From Deltaproteobacteria bacterium (GTDB lineage: Bacteria; Myxococcota; Kuafuiibacteriia; Kuafuiibacteriales; Kuafuiibacteriaceae): a DNA stretch of 64,000 nt. Position 1 is the stretch's first letter. Each line of letters starts with the position of its first letter. Shown here one piece after another: positions 17,344 to 27,467 of this stretch. The notes beneath the pieces are model-generated. The model was given only the letters and a program-made list of their open reading frames with translations. It searched no databases and was not told where the DNA came from. Where the stretch lies: assembly GCA_016703535.1 (NCBI GenBank), contig JADJBV010000002.1:2526152-2590151 (forward strand). Reading direction: 5' to 3'. Both the position numbers and the translations under genes were made by a program.

Positions 17344-17533
17344 GCCCCTCCTTCGCCGCGCGGGCGGGAGATCTGACCCGAGGGCCTGCGGTGTCCAGGT
17401 AGCACCAAGTGGGAGCGACCTTCCGCCCCGGTAACGCGGCGGCGCCAAAAGCCCCAACAATTCGTTGGAACCCGAGTTGCGACAGGAAACGCCCAACGGT
17501 GGGGCCCGCTTATCGGCCTCCCAGAGGATCTCC

Positions 17534-19582
17534 ATGACCCAAGCCCGCGCGTTTCGCCCCGAAGACATCCGCAACATCGTCCTGCTCGGCCACGGAGGTT
17601 CGGGCAAGACCACCCTCGCCGAGGCCATCCTGCACAAGACCCACACCATCACCCGCATGGGTTCGGTCGACGACGCCTCCTCGGTCAGCGACTTCGAACC
17701 CGAGGCCAAGGCCCGGCATCACTCCACCAGCTCGACCGTACTTTTTGCGCACCACGAAAAGCGCGAGATCAACATCATCGACACCCCGGGCCACCCCGAG
17801 TTCATCGGCGCGCCCCTTTCGGCCCTCACCGCCGTCGAGACCGCGGTGATCGTGGTCGGCGCCACCACCGGCATCGAGCTCAACACCCGCCGACTCTTTC
17901 ACGCGGCAGGTGAAGCGGGCTTGGCCCGGATGATCGTCATCAACAAGATCGACTTGGCCAAGACCTCCCTCGAGGCCCGAGTGGCCGAACTCAAGGAGGC
18001 CTTCGGCGATCGCCTGCACTGCATCAACCTCCCCAGCCAAGACGGCACCGACGTCATCGACTGTTTCGACAAAGAGGGTGGGCAGGCCGACTTCGGTTCG
18101 GTCGAAGCGATCCATCGGGAGATGGTCGAGGCCACGGTGGAGGTCGACGACGCGGCCCTCGAGAAGTACCTGAGCGAAGGGAAGATCGATCTCGCCGAGC
18201 TGAAGAAGACCTTCATCCGGGCCATGAGCCTTGGCCAGGTGGTGCCGGTCTTGTTCACCAACGCCAAGGCCGGCGTCGGCGTGGAAGATCTGCTGCACAT
18301 CTTGGTGGAGGAGGCCCCCAGCCCCGTCAGCGGTCGGCCGCGGCGGCTCAAGAAGGGCGACACCTTGGTCGAGCTCGCCTGTGATCCGGACCAGCCGTTT
18401 TTGGCGCAGGTCTTCAAGGTGGCCAACGATCCGCACCTGGGCGCCCTCGCGATGTTGCGAGTGCTGCAGGGCAAGATGGACGGCAGCACGCCGTTCATCG
18501 CGGGGGACGAGGGCAAGGCCAAAAAGGCCAACCACGTGCTCAAGGTCGAGGGTCGTGATCATCCCGAGCTGGAGGCGGTGGCCCAGGCCGGCGACATCGT
18601 GGCCATCGCCCGGGCCGAAGACGTCCACGTTGGGCAGCTGCTCCGAGATCCTTCGATCCCGCCGGGCTTCGCGGCCTTGCCGATGGCCGCGCCCGTCCCG
18701 ATGTTGTCGTTGGCCATCGCCGCCAAGAAGAAAAACGACGAGGTGAAGTTGGGCGCAGCGGTGCAGAAGATCCTGGAAGAGGATCCAACCCTGAAGGCGA
18801 CCCAAGATCCGGTCAGCCACGAGCTGGTGTTGAGCGGCATCGGCGACGTGCACCTGGCGGTGGCCCTGGAGCGCCTCAAGAACCGCTTCCACCTGGAGGT
18901 GGAGTCGAAGCGGCCCAAGGTCGCCTACAAAGAGACGGTGCTGGGCCGGGCCGAGGGCCACTACCGCCACAAGAAGCAGACCGGCGGCGCTGGACAGTTC
19001 GCCGAGGTCTACCTGCGGATCGAACCGCTCAAGCGCGGTGAGGGGCGGGTCTTCGCCAGCGAGGTCTTCGGCGGCGCCATCCCGACCCACTTCATCTCGG
19101 CGGTGGAGAAGGGTGTGGAGGATGGCCTCAACGAAGGCGCCTTGGCCGGCTTCCCGGTGCAGGACGTGAAGGTGGTGGTCTACGACGGCAAGTCCCACGC
19201 CGTCGACAGCAAGGACATCGCCTTTCGGACCGCCGGGAAGTTTGCGGTGCGGGACGCCTTGCAGAAGGCTCGGCCGGTGTTGCTCGAGCCGATCGTCTCC
19301 TTGGAGATCACCGTGCCCGAGCAGTTTTTGGGCGACGTCACCGCCGATCTCAAGCACGTGCGGGCCAGGCTTTTTGGCGTCGAGCCCGCCCAAGCGGGGC
19401 ACAGCCTGATCCACGCCGAAGCGCCGATGGCCGAGCTGGGCAACTACGCCAGCCAACTCCGGAGCCTCACCGGTGGCCAAGGCAACTTCACCATCGCGCC
19501 GGCCCACGAGGACTTCGTGCCCCTGCCGCTGCAGCAGAAGATCGTCGCCAGCCGACCCCAAAGTGGCGGGTCCGAGGTCTGA
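17534..19582 (+). CDS. Elongation factor G paralog (divergent G1 motif)
   Basis: NIVLLGHGGSGKTTLAEAIL, DTPGHPEF, NKID, and domains II-V recognisable to the end. ATG at 17534. Confidence 0.85.
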   Translation: MTQARAFRPEDIRNIVLLGHGGSGKTTLAEAILHKTHTITRMGSVDDASSVSDFEPEAKARHHSTSSTVLFAHHEKREINIIDTPGHPEFIGAPLSALTAVETAVIVVGATTGIELNTRRLFHAAGEAGLARMIVINKIDLAKTSLEARVAELKEAFGDRLHCINLPSQDGTDVIDCFDKEGGQADFGSVEAIHREMVEATVEVDDAALEKYLSEGKIDLAELKKTFIRAMSLGQVVPVLFTNAKAGVGVEDLLHILVEEAPSPVSGRPRRLKKGDTLVELACDPDQPFLAQVFKVANDPHLGALAMLRVLQGKMDGSTPFIAGDEGKAKKANHVLKVEGRDHPELEAVAQAGDIVAIARAEDVHVGQLLRDPSIPPGFAALPMAAPVPMLSLAIAAKKKNDEVKLGAAVQKILEEDPTLKATQDPVSHELVLSGIGDVHLAVALERLKNRFHLEVESKRPKVAYKETVLGRAEGHYRHKKQTGGAGQFAEVYLRIEPLKRGEGRVFASEVFGGAIPTHFISAVEKGVEDGLNEGALAGFPVQDVKVVVYDGKSHAVDSKDIAFRTAGKFAVRDALQKARPVLLEPIVSLEITVPEQFLGDVTADLKHVRARLFGVEPAQAGHSLIHAEAPMAELGNYASQLRSLTGGQGNFTIAPAHEDFVPLPLQQKIVASRPQSGGSEV

Positions 19583-19693
19583 GTCATAACGCCCACGCCC
19601 GGGCCTGGGGCGAGACCGAACAGCGGGTAAATACCGACGATTTTATCGGGTTTACGCCTATCGACGGCCCGCCCTCCAGGTGGCGGACGGCAG

Positions 19694-21310
19694 ATGGGAG
19701 GGTTCCCAAGGGCCCGAACCTCGGTCAACGTAGCGAACTTGGGCACTCAGCTGGGTCAAAAGGCGTCGGCCCCGTGGAGCCTCGTCGCGATCGCGATGTC
19801 GGCCGGGATCTTCGCCTGCGAGGGCAACATCCGGGATCGAAACCGCGGGGTGTCGGGGGGCCGGGACGCTGCGATCCTGGACATCAACCTCGACGCCTCA
19901 CTCCTCGATCAAGGGACGGTGCCGGCTGACGCGGGCGAAGGTCCACCGGACGCGGGCCCCTTCGATGACGCCTCGCTCCCCCCCGACGCTGGCCCCGGCG
20001 TGACCGGTGCTTGCCGCGACGGCCTCGACAACGATGGCGATGGCCTGATCGACCTGGACGACCTGGGCTGCACCTCGGCCCAAGATGGCACCGAAGGCGG
20101 CTTGCCGAACGGGACCATCGAAAACGAGTGGACCGTCTTCGAGCCGGCGGCCGACACCCGGATGATCTACGTCAGCCGTTCGGTCGGCAACGACAGCTAC
20201 GACGGCCTCGCGCCCGAACCCAGCGGCGGCAACCGGGGCCCGAAGGCCACCTTCGCCGCGGCCCGAGGGCTGGTACGCGCCGGCGGCGCCGACTGGTTGC
20301 GCCTGCGCCGGGGCGACAGCTGGAGTGAAGATCTTCGACCGGGCACCTTGTCGGGGCGTTCAGCCACTGAACCCACGGTGATCGCGCCCTACGGCGTCGG
20401 CGCGTTGCCACGGATCACCGCCGACGCTTACTTCTCGGAGAACAACGCGCGGTTCATCGCCTTGTTGGGCATCGACTTTGGCTCCGGCGCGGTGGTGGCC
20501 AACGGCAACGGCGTGAACCACATCCTCATCGAAGGTTGCCGCTTCGCTGGCACCCCTTTCAGCGCGATCGTCTTGTCCGGTCGCGCCAACTTGTCGATGA
20601 ACACGATGGCGGTCCGCAACAACGTCATCAACTCGACCGGCGACAACGCCACCTACTTCGTCAGCGTCACCGGCGCCTTGCTCGAGGGCAACCTGATCTA
20701 TCGGCCCGCCACCAACAACGGCTCCAACCACGCGATGTACATCACCCGCACCGGCAACTCGGGCTACGTCACCCGCAAAAACCTGATCTACATGGGCAAG
20801 CCGGGGGGCATGGGGATCATGCAGCGGGCCGGCGGGATCTCGGAGCTCAACGTGGTGGCCGACGTCGGTGGCATCGCCATCCCTATGGGCGAGTGCAACG
20901 ACGAAGGTGGCCCCGGCGCCGGCCCTTGTTTTGCGCCGGTCCAGGTCACCATCCGCAACAACTTGATCGCGGGGATCCGCAGCGACGCTTCGGCGGGCAT
21001 CGGCATCTTCCTCAAAGATCCCTACGTGGCCTCGGGCGTCGTCGAGCACAACCTGGTGGCCGACTCCCGCCGTGGTGACTTTCAGTTGGTGGACGAGGTG
21101 GTGACCAACAACAACCGCCGAGTTTCGGCGCCCTACGTCGGGGCACCCGCGGGCGCGACCATGCTCGAGGCCTACCACGCCAGCTTGGGCGGCTCGGGCA
21201 ACGCCCAGCAGTTTTTTATGGAGGCGATGGCCAACCTCCGCTTCCACGACGCCAACCCGGCCTACCAGGCCCAGGCGATCATCGACTTCGCCCAGAGCAA
21301 AGTTCAGTAG
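19694..21310 (+). CDS. Secreted right-handed beta-helix repeat protein with an N-terminal Asp-rich Ca-binding-like motif
   Basis: Hydrophobic WSLVAIAMSAGIFAC, CRDGLDNDGDGLIDLDDLGC, then repeated NxxIxG/NNxI beta-helix-like turns. The start is uncertain. Confidence 0.7.
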   Translation: MGGFPRARTSVNVANLGTQLGQKASAPWSLVAIAMSAGIFACEGNIRDRNRGVSGGRDAAILDINLDASLLDQGTVPADAGEGPPDAGPFDDASLPPDAGPGVTGACRDGLDNDGDGLIDLDDLGCTSAQDGTEGGLPNGTIENEWTVFEPAADTRMIYVSRSVGNDSYDGLAPEPSGGNRGPKATFAAARGLVRAGGADWLRLRRGDSWSEDLRPGTLSGRSATEPTVIAPYGVGALPRITADAYFSENNARFIALLGIDFGSGAVVANGNGVNHILIEGCRFAGTPFSAIVLSGRANLSMNTMAVRNNVINSTGDNATYFVSVTGALLEGNLIYRPATNNGSNHAMYITRTGNSGYVTRKNLIYMGKPGGMGIMQRAGGISELNVVADVGGIAIPMGECNDEGGPGAGPCFAPVQVTIRNNLIAGIRSDASAGIGIFLKDPYVASGVVEHNLVADSRRGDFQLVDEVVTNNNRRVSAPYVGAPAGATMLEAYHASLGGSGNAQQFFMEAMANLRFHDANPAYQAQAIIDFAQSKVQ

Positions 21311-21317
21311 CGGTCCT

Positions 21318-22940
21318 TCAGGGCCTGAGGCCGAGCCACTTTTGTTGGGCCCTCTGCTCGAGGTGGCGGGTCAACTCCATGATCCGCCGGTGGCCTGGAT
21401 TGGCCGCCATTTGGGCCTTGATCCGGGTGTAGTCCCGGGCCACCAAGCTGCTGCGGCCCACCCAACGATCCAAGGTCCGGAGGGCCAGATCTTGTTCGGC
21501 CGGGGACAGGTACAGGATCTCCGCCAGGTGGGTGAGGCCCGGCGCCGTCAGGTTGAAGGTGTCGTTGTTGGGGCCCAAGGTGATTCGGCCCCCGGTCCAA
21601 GGATCCCACTCGCCGTAGATCGCCAACACCCGCTCGGCCCGGGTCCGGAGGCGCTGGTCGACGTTGCGCATGGTCGTTGGATCCAAGGACGGCTCTTGGC
21701 CCCAAGGGTTGGGCGTGAGCGGCGCGGGCGGGAGGGCGTCGAAGTCGACGCCGATCAAGGCCTGTTGCAGCTCGGCCAGGAAGTCGACCGATGGTCCCCC
21801 CAGCTCCCGAGCGACTTGGTAGTAGTAGGGGTTGAGTTCGGGGTCATAGGCCCCCTGCTCGAAGTAGGCCTCGGGCGAAAACGGGAAGATGCTGGCCAGG
21901 TCCTCGATGCCCAGGCCCCGGGGCGGGAGTTGGGTGCACAACTCGGGGCTCGCCGAATACTGCCAAAAGCCCCAGCGCCAGCCGAGGGCGGGGTAGAAGC
22001 TGAGGATCTCCAGGGCCTCTAGGCTGTAGTTGTTGGCCCGAGGATCCGTGGCCAGGTGGTATTCGGCCAACTCCGCCCGTCGCTCCACGGTCTCCCGCTC
22101 CAGGTCGACGATCCGCTCCCGGCAGGCGCCGTCGCTGGGCCCGATCTGGGCCAAGAAGGCGGCGTAGCGGGTGTCGAGCCCGAAGCTGATCGGCGCCACG
22201 TAGGGCACGATCCCGGCGAGATCTTGCGGGTGGTAGTGGTGGTGGAAGATGGCGGTCATCCCGCCTTTGCTGTAGCCCGAGCCGATCCAAGGCCCGCCGT
22301 AGATCGCGCTCAACAGCGTGACGATCCGGTGCGAGTCGGCGGCCGATTGGACCACGGTCAGGAAGTCCCACCTCGGAGACGCAGCGATCGACTCGCCGAA
22401 GAAGCGGTGTTCGACGGTCAGTTGATTGGCCTGGAGCGCCACGGTCGGTTCGATCTCCGAGGACGTAAACTCCATCGGATTGCCGAAGAGGCCGTAGCCG
22501 GTGGTGTGGAGGACCATCGGCGCCGTTTCACTGCGGTGGATCAAGACCAACCGTTGATCGAAGGTCGGCCCTTGGGGATCGTTGTGGTCTTCGGGTTGGC
22601 GAAAACGGAGGAGGAAGGCCCGGGTGCCCGGCAAGCTAGCTTGCACTTCCTGGACCCTTAGCCCCGGGATCCCGCGCAGGGCCTGGAGGATGTCCCTCGG
22701 CGGTGGAGGTTCGGCGTCCAGGATCCCCATCTCCGGGACGCCTCGATCCCTGACCCCCCGATCACGGGCGGGACCGGCGTCCGGAATCAAGAACCCGTTG
22801 TCGGTGAACTCTTCGGGGCCTCCGTCGGTGGGGCCGAAGATCGGCGCCCACGGGCCCCCGAGGCCCAAGCCCCCGACCTCGGCCTCTCCACACGCGAGCA
22901 GGGACCCGGTCAAGAGGAGGGCCGACCACCGAGGGGACAT
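21318..22940 (-). CDS. Secreted alpha/beta-hydrolase serine peptidase, S37 (PS-10 tripeptidyl aminopeptidase)-like lipoprotein
   Basis: Lipobox LLLTGSLLAC and nucleophile elbow GSGYSKGGMTA. The family assignment is from memory only. Confidence 0.6.
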   Translation of the reverse strand: MSPRWSALLLTGSLLACGEAEVGGLGLGGPWAPIFGPTDGGPEEFTDNGFLIPDAGPARDRGVRDRGVPEMGILDAEPPPPRDILQALRGIPGLRVQEVQASLPGTRAFLLRFRQPEDHNDPQGPTFDQRLVLIHRSETAPMVLHTTGYGLFGNPMEFTSSEIEPTVALQANQLTVEHRFFGESIAASPRWDFLTVVQSAADSHRIVTLLSAIYGGPWIGSGYSKGGMTAIFHHHYHPQDLAGIVPYVAPISFGLDTRYAAFLAQIGPSDGACRERIVDLERETVERRAELAEYHLATDPRANNYSLEALEILSFYPALGWRWGFWQYSASPELCTQLPPRGLGIEDLASIFPFSPEAYFEQGAYDPELNPYYYQVARELGGPSVDFLAELQQALIGVDFDALPPAPLTPNPWGQEPSLDPTTMRNVDQRLRTRAERVLAIYGEWDPWTGGRITLGPNNDTFNLTAPGLTHLAEILYLSPAEQDLALRTLDRWVGRSSLVARDYTRIKAQMAANPGHRRIMELTRHLEQRAQQKWLGLRP

Positions 22941-23005
22941 CCCTCGAGTGTACCCAGAGCGGGTCGGCGCTGACCAGACCAAGCCCGGCCGGGTCAGCGG
23001 TCAGG

Positions 23006-25696
23006 TCAGCGGATCGACTGTGAGGAGAAGGCTCGCGTCAGCCGTTCGGTGCCTGTCGCCGGCAGGGCCGGGACGAAGAGATCACCGAGGCCTGCGCCCG
23101 CCTGGAGGTCGACGGCTTCGATGGTGATGGGGCCGGCGGTGGTGCGATCGGCGAAGCCGGTGGGCGGCGCCGGCAACACGAAGCTGTTGTTGGGCCCCGC
23201 CGAATACACGTACCAAGCGCCCTCGGCGCTGCGGAAGGTGGTGCGCCACAACTCGGCCCCGGTCTGGACCGACAAGGTGCGGTTGCCACCGTCGTAGGCG
23301 CCGACCGGCGGGTTGAGCCACGCCCCGGAGAAGTTGATGGTGCCCGGCAAGGTCGAGGTCACCGACAACTTGGCGCTAATGCCGTTGCCGTTGATCTGGG
23401 CCGCCGCCATCACCGCGTAGTCGCCGCCTTCGAGGCCGGCGTAGGGCGGGGCCAAGGCGGTGGTGAAGCTGCCGAGGGGCGCGGCCGGGGTGGCCAAGCC
23501 GTCGAGGCCAAGGGGCACCATGCCGAGCCGCGGCAAGACCACACCCGAGGCCACGAACAACGCGGCGGCGTTTTGGGGGCCGTCGGCGCCGAAGTCGAGC
23601 TGCACCCGCAAGGACTGGGGCGCGGCCGGGGCCATCGGGACGTCCACAAAACCCGCGTAGTCGGGGACCGTTTCGGTGACGTCGCCATCGCCGTCAAAGT
23701 CCAAGGCGTCGACGATCTGAGGGATGTCGGCGAGGGTCCGGTTCCGGGCTTCGGTGCCGTGATAGAAGGTCTGGAGCAGCGGCAACACGTTGGCCAACAG
23801 GTTGGGGGTGCCGCCGCCGCCGCCGCCGATGCCCAGGTCACCGATTTCGGCGGTGCCCGCGAAGGTCCAGGCCCGGCGCAGGCCAGCCTTGGCTTGGGCG
23901 TAGTAGGTGTCCTTCAAGGTGAACGGGAAGCCCATGAAGCTGGCGGCCGCGGTGGCGCCCGAGGGGATCTGAATGGCGCCGACCACCGGCACGTCGACGG
24001 AGAAGTTGTCGCCGCCCAAGAGATCCAGCGGCTGGAAGCTCCAGAGGGGCGTGGTGAAGGATCCACCTGAGAAGGAGAGGGTGACGGGCGAACCCGAGGG
24101 CACCTGGGAGAAGTCGACCTGACCTTGAAAGCCCGTGGCCCGGTTGCTGGCGCCGAGAGGCGGCAAGCGCAACACCGCCTCTACGCCGTCGAGGCCAATG
24201 ACCGTGACGTAGGCGTAGTTGGCGGCGTAGGCGGTGCAGGTCTTGGGCACCGTGGTGTCGAACAAGGCGACGCCGTTGGTGGTGGTGAGTTCGGTGCCGT
24301 TGCAGACCACCGTGGCCTGCACCGCTGAGCCGTCGATCGCCGACACGACGGTGACCCGGAAGGCGTTGGCCGGGGCGGCCTGCACCACTAGGTCCACCGG
24401 ATCCGAGGTGACGACTGCGCCGCCGGTGTCCACCGAAGCGGTGATCTGGGTGGTGCCGGCGACGTTGAGGGCCGTGGCGACCCCGTTGGCGTCGATGGTG
24501 GCGATGGTGGTGGCGCTGCTGGTCCATTCGAAGGCCACGCCGGGCACCTGGTTGCCGGCGGCGTCCAAGGCGATGGCGGTGAAGCCGTAGCTGTCGCCAA
24601 AGTCGATCAACCCGGCCGGGGTCAAGATCCGGACCTCGGTCACGCTGGTCGGGGTGGTGGCGGGTTGGCAGGCGCCGGCGACGCAGACCTCACCTGGGTT
24701 GGGGCAGGCGCCGCGGCAGCCGCTCGGCACACATCGGTCGCCCAAACACTCAAAGCCGCTGGGGCAGCTCATGCTGACGCAACTTTCGGCGACCTGGCAG
24801 TGTCGATCTTGGCAATACCGATCCGGAGCGCAGTCCCGATCGCCGCGGCAGGCCGGTGACTCGACGCAGGTCCCGTTGTCGCACTCGAAGTTCTGACCAC
24901 ACTCATTGCCGCCCGGGGTGCAGGCGATGACGTCCACGCAGCGGCCGTGGCCGGCTTCTTCCCCTTCGCAGGTTCGGCTGGCGCCAGGGCATTGGGCGTC
25001 GCCGGTGCACTCGGAGGGCAGGCAAAGGTTGCTTTCGCAGATCCCGCCGGTGCCGCAGTTGTCGTCGTTGAGGCACCGCTGCTGGCACTCGCCGCCGTTG
25101 CAGGCCCACTGGAGCGCTTGATCGCCACAGTCACCGGCTTGGGTACAGCCGTCGTCGCAGACTCCTCGGACGCAATAGAGGCCGGTGGGGCAATCGGCGG
25201 TGAAGGCGCAGGTCACTCGAGGCACACATTCGCCGCCGGCGCAGACCTGGTTGGTGTTGCAGCCGGTGTCGTCGGTGCAGGTCACGGCGACCGGCGCTTC
25301 GCAGATCATCGTCGCCGGGTTGCACACCAGATCGCCGGGACACGCCGCGTTCGCACAAGAAGGCGGTTCGGCGCAGGCCCCGTTGACGCACACCCAGTCG
25401 CCGCAGATCGAGTGACCGCTGCAGGCCAGCGGCACGCACAGGCCTTCCGAGCTGCAGGTCCGGCCATCGCCGCAGGGCATGGTGTCCGAACAGGCGGGCG
25501 TGTTGTCGGGGACGCAGGCCCCCGCCTCACACCGTTGCCCCGTCGGGCAGGGCCGGGCCGAGTCGCAAGCCGCCACGCCGGTGTCGGCGGTGGTTCCCGC
25601 GTCGGTCGGCAGCGGATCGGTGTCGTCGCTGCAGGCGGCGAGTCCCAGAAGGATGGCAAAGGGGAGGGCGAGGGCGGACTTCACGGCGCGGAACAT
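23006..25696 (-). CDS. Large lipoprotein with about 13 Cys-rich repeats (Myxococcus-type), a Big_2-like Ig domain and a C-terminal beta-rich region
   Basis: Lipobox ILLGLAAC, repeats of the form C..D.DC..G..C..G.C, then VTEVRILTP...AFEWTSSATTIATIDANGVATAL. Confidence 0.8.
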   Translation of the reverse strand: MFRAVKSALALPFAILLGLAACSDDTDPLPTDAGTTADTGVAACDSARPCPTGQRCEAGACVPDNTPACSDTMPCGDGRTCSSEGLCVPLACSGHSICGDWVCVNGACAEPPSCANAACPGDLVCNPATMICEAPVAVTCTDDTGCNTNQVCAGGECVPRVTCAFTADCPTGLYCVRGVCDDGCTQAGDCGDQALQWACNGGECQQRCLNDDNCGTGGICESNLCLPSECTGDAQCPGASRTCEGEEAGHGRCVDVIACTPGGNECGQNFECDNGTCVESPACRGDRDCAPDRYCQDRHCQVAESCVSMSCPSGFECLGDRCVPSGCRGACPNPGEVCVAGACQPATTPTSVTEVRILTPAGLIDFGDSYGFTAIALDAAGNQVPGVAFEWTSSATTIATIDANGVATALNVAGTTQITASVDTGGAVVTSDPVDLVVQAAPANAFRVTVVSAIDGSAVQATVVCNGTELTTTNGVALFDTTVPKTCTAYAANYAYVTVIGLDGVEAVLRLPPLGASNRATGFQGQVDFSQVPSGSPVTLSFSGGSFTTPLWSFQPLDLLGGDNFSVDVPVVGAIQIPSGATAAASFMGFPFTLKDTYYAQAKAGLRRAWTFAGTAEIGDLGIGGGGGGTPNLLANVLPLLQTFYHGTEARNRTLADIPQIVDALDFDGDGDVTETVPDYAGFVDVPMAPAAPQSLRVQLDFGADGPQNAAALFVASGVVLPRLGMVPLGLDGLATPAAPLGSFTTALAPPYAGLEGGDYAVMAAAQINGNGISAKLSVTSTLPGTINFSGAWLNPPVGAYDGGNRTLSVQTGAELWRTTFRSAEGAWYVYSAGPNNSFVLPAPPTGFADRTTAGPITIEAVDLQAGAGLGDLFVPALPATGTERLTRAFSSQSIR

Positions 25697-25871
25697 AACG
25701 CCTCGGCCCCGGGGATCAACCTCGGTCAACCGGCGCGTCCCAAACCACGACCATTCGGCCGAGCCCCGGCCGAGGAGCCCGCGGTTCGCCCAGGGAAATG
25801 CGGTGTAGGGTGTAGTGGGAGCTGGCCACGGACGGTCGAGTCCGCGCCCGAATACCAGGGCGGTCGCGCCG

Positions 25872-26279
25872 CTACTTCAAGCTGGCCAGGAACTCGGGTG
25901 AAGGGCTGCACTCGGAGGAGACGTCGACCAAGGTCCCGTCCGGGTCTCGCAGGAGCATTCGCCGTTGGCCGTAGAACAAGTCCCGGGGGGCTTCCACGAT
26001 CGGGAGTCCTTGGGCGGATGCGAGCTGGTGCACGACCTCCACGTCCGGCACGACGATCGTGATCATCGCGCCGGCCGGCGCCGCCCGGAACGCCTCGGGG
26101 ACGATCTCGTGGTCACGGCGCAAGATCCCAAGTTCGATGGAGGCGTCTTCGGGGGCCTGCAGATGCACGAACCAGTCGCTGTCGAAGTCGACGCGCCAGC
26201 CGAACAACTTCACGTAGAAGTCCCGCACGGACTCCAACTTGTCCGAGAAGATCGTCACGAAGGCGCGTCGGATCGTCAC
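25872..26279 (-). CDS. Glyoxalase/bleomycin-resistance (VOC) family protein
   Basis: 135 aa; VRDFYVKLFGW...FYGQRRMLLRDPDGTLVDV is a typical VOC pattern. Confidence 0.8.
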   Translation of the reverse strand: MTIRRAFVTIFSDKLESVRDFYVKLFGWRVDFDSDWFVHLQAPEDASIELGILRRDHEIVPEAFRAAPAGAMITIVVPDVEVVHQLASAQGLPIVEAPRDLFYGQRRMLLRDPDGTLVDVSSECSPSPEFLASLK

Positions 26280-26401
26280 CGCCCTTTGGCGTCACCCATC
26301 GTTCACCGGGGGGCAAGGGCGAGGCGTGAAGTCGACCGGAGAAATCGGTCTCGATGGCTTTGGGAGACTCCAGTGTTGCCCCCCCGTGCTTTCGGCGCTG
26401 A

Positions 26402-27367
26402 TCAGCGTTCGGGGCCGTCTGAGGAAGGCCGTCTCGCCCGGTCCGCCTCCTCTTCTTGGACCCGTCGGGCGTTGCGCTGGAGGGAGGCGGGATCTGAATA
26501 GAGCAGGGCGGTGCCGGCGAGCTGGTCTCTCAGCTCGGGGAGCCGCTCGGGGTTGGTGAAGAGGTCGAGGTCCGGCGCCACCAGCTCGGGCCGGGGGCGA
26601 AAGCGGGGCTCTTCGGTCGGGACCTTCCACTTGTTGTACGGGCAGACCTCTTGGCAGACGTCGCAGCCGGCGATCCAGCCGTGAAGCGGCGGGGTCTGCT
26701 CGGTGAAGGGGGCCCGGTGCTCCAAGGTCCAGTAGGTGATGCAGCGGGTGGCGTCGAGGACGTAGGGCTCCGGGAAGGCCTGGGTGGGGCAGGCGTCGAG
26801 GCAGGCGGTGCAGGAGCCGCAGCGATCGACGTGTGGCGTGTCGAAGTGGAGCTCGGCGGTGGTGATCAAGGTGGCGAAGAAGGTGTAGGTCCCGAGCTGC
26901 TCGGACACCCCCAAGGTCGACTTGCCGATCCAGGCGATGCCGGCCCGCTCGGCCCAGACCTTCTCCATCACTGGGGAGGTGTCGATGGTCGGGTGCACCT
27001 TCGCCTCGGGGAACAAGGTCAACACGAAGCGCCGCAGCCGCCGCACTCGCTTCCGGAGCACCCGGTGGTAGTCGTCGCCTTGGGCGTAGCGGGCGATCTT
27101 GAGGGGCGGCTTCGGCACGCCTTCCGGGTGATCGTAGGAGATGGCCAAGGCGATGACCGTTCGGGCGCCGGGCAACAACACCCGGGGATCCTGCCGCTCG
27201 GCCAGGGACTCGGAGAGGTACTGCATCTCGCCGCCGTAACCGCGCTCCAACCACTGGCGCAGCCGCTCCTGGGGATCCGCGGGTTCGGCCCGGGCGAAGC
27301 CGCAGGCCTGAAAGCCCAGGGCCCGGGCCTTGTCCCGGATCGCCTCGCTCTTTTCCCGGGCCTCCAC
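26402..27367 (-). CDS. queG: Epoxyqueuosine reductase
   Basis: WLERGYGGEMQYL, CGSCTACLDACPTQAF, ITYWTLEH, CDVCQEVCPYNKW. The start was chosen at the GTG at 27367 by alignment logic and is uncertain (the ORF is open to 27547). Confidence 0.85.
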   Translation of the reverse strand: MEAREKSEAIRDKARALGFQACGFARAEPADPQERLRQWLERGYGGEMQYLSESLAERQDPRVLLPGARTVIALAISYDHPEGVPKPPLKIARYAQGDDYHRVLRKRVRRLRRFVLTLFPEAKVHPTIDTSPVMEKVWAERAGIAWIGKSTLGVSEQLGTYTFFATLITTAELHFDTPHVDRCGSCTACLDACPTQAFPEPYVLDATRCITYWTLEHRAPFTEQTPPLHGWIAGCDVCQEVCPYNKWKVPTEEPRFRPRPELVAPDLDLFTNPERLPELRDQLAGTALLYSDPASLQRNARRVQEEEADRARRPSSDGPER

Positions 27368-27467
27368 GGGGCCGCAGCCTGCGCTGGCGATGCCATCCGA
27401 GGCAACGCCCCAACGTGACCGCCCACAAGCTCGCGGCCGGCCCACCCCTTTGCTACAACCGGCCAAG

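Noticed and set aside
25834-25857. A tRNA-like 3' end (GGTCGAGTCCGCGCCCGAATACCA), which would be a possible tRNA gene or att-site remnant.
   Set aside because: The T-loop lacks the TTC. No proper 5-bp T-stem, D-arm or anticodon arm can be drawn. The only acceptor-complementary sequence lies about 105 nt upstream. No integrase or mobile genes are nearby.
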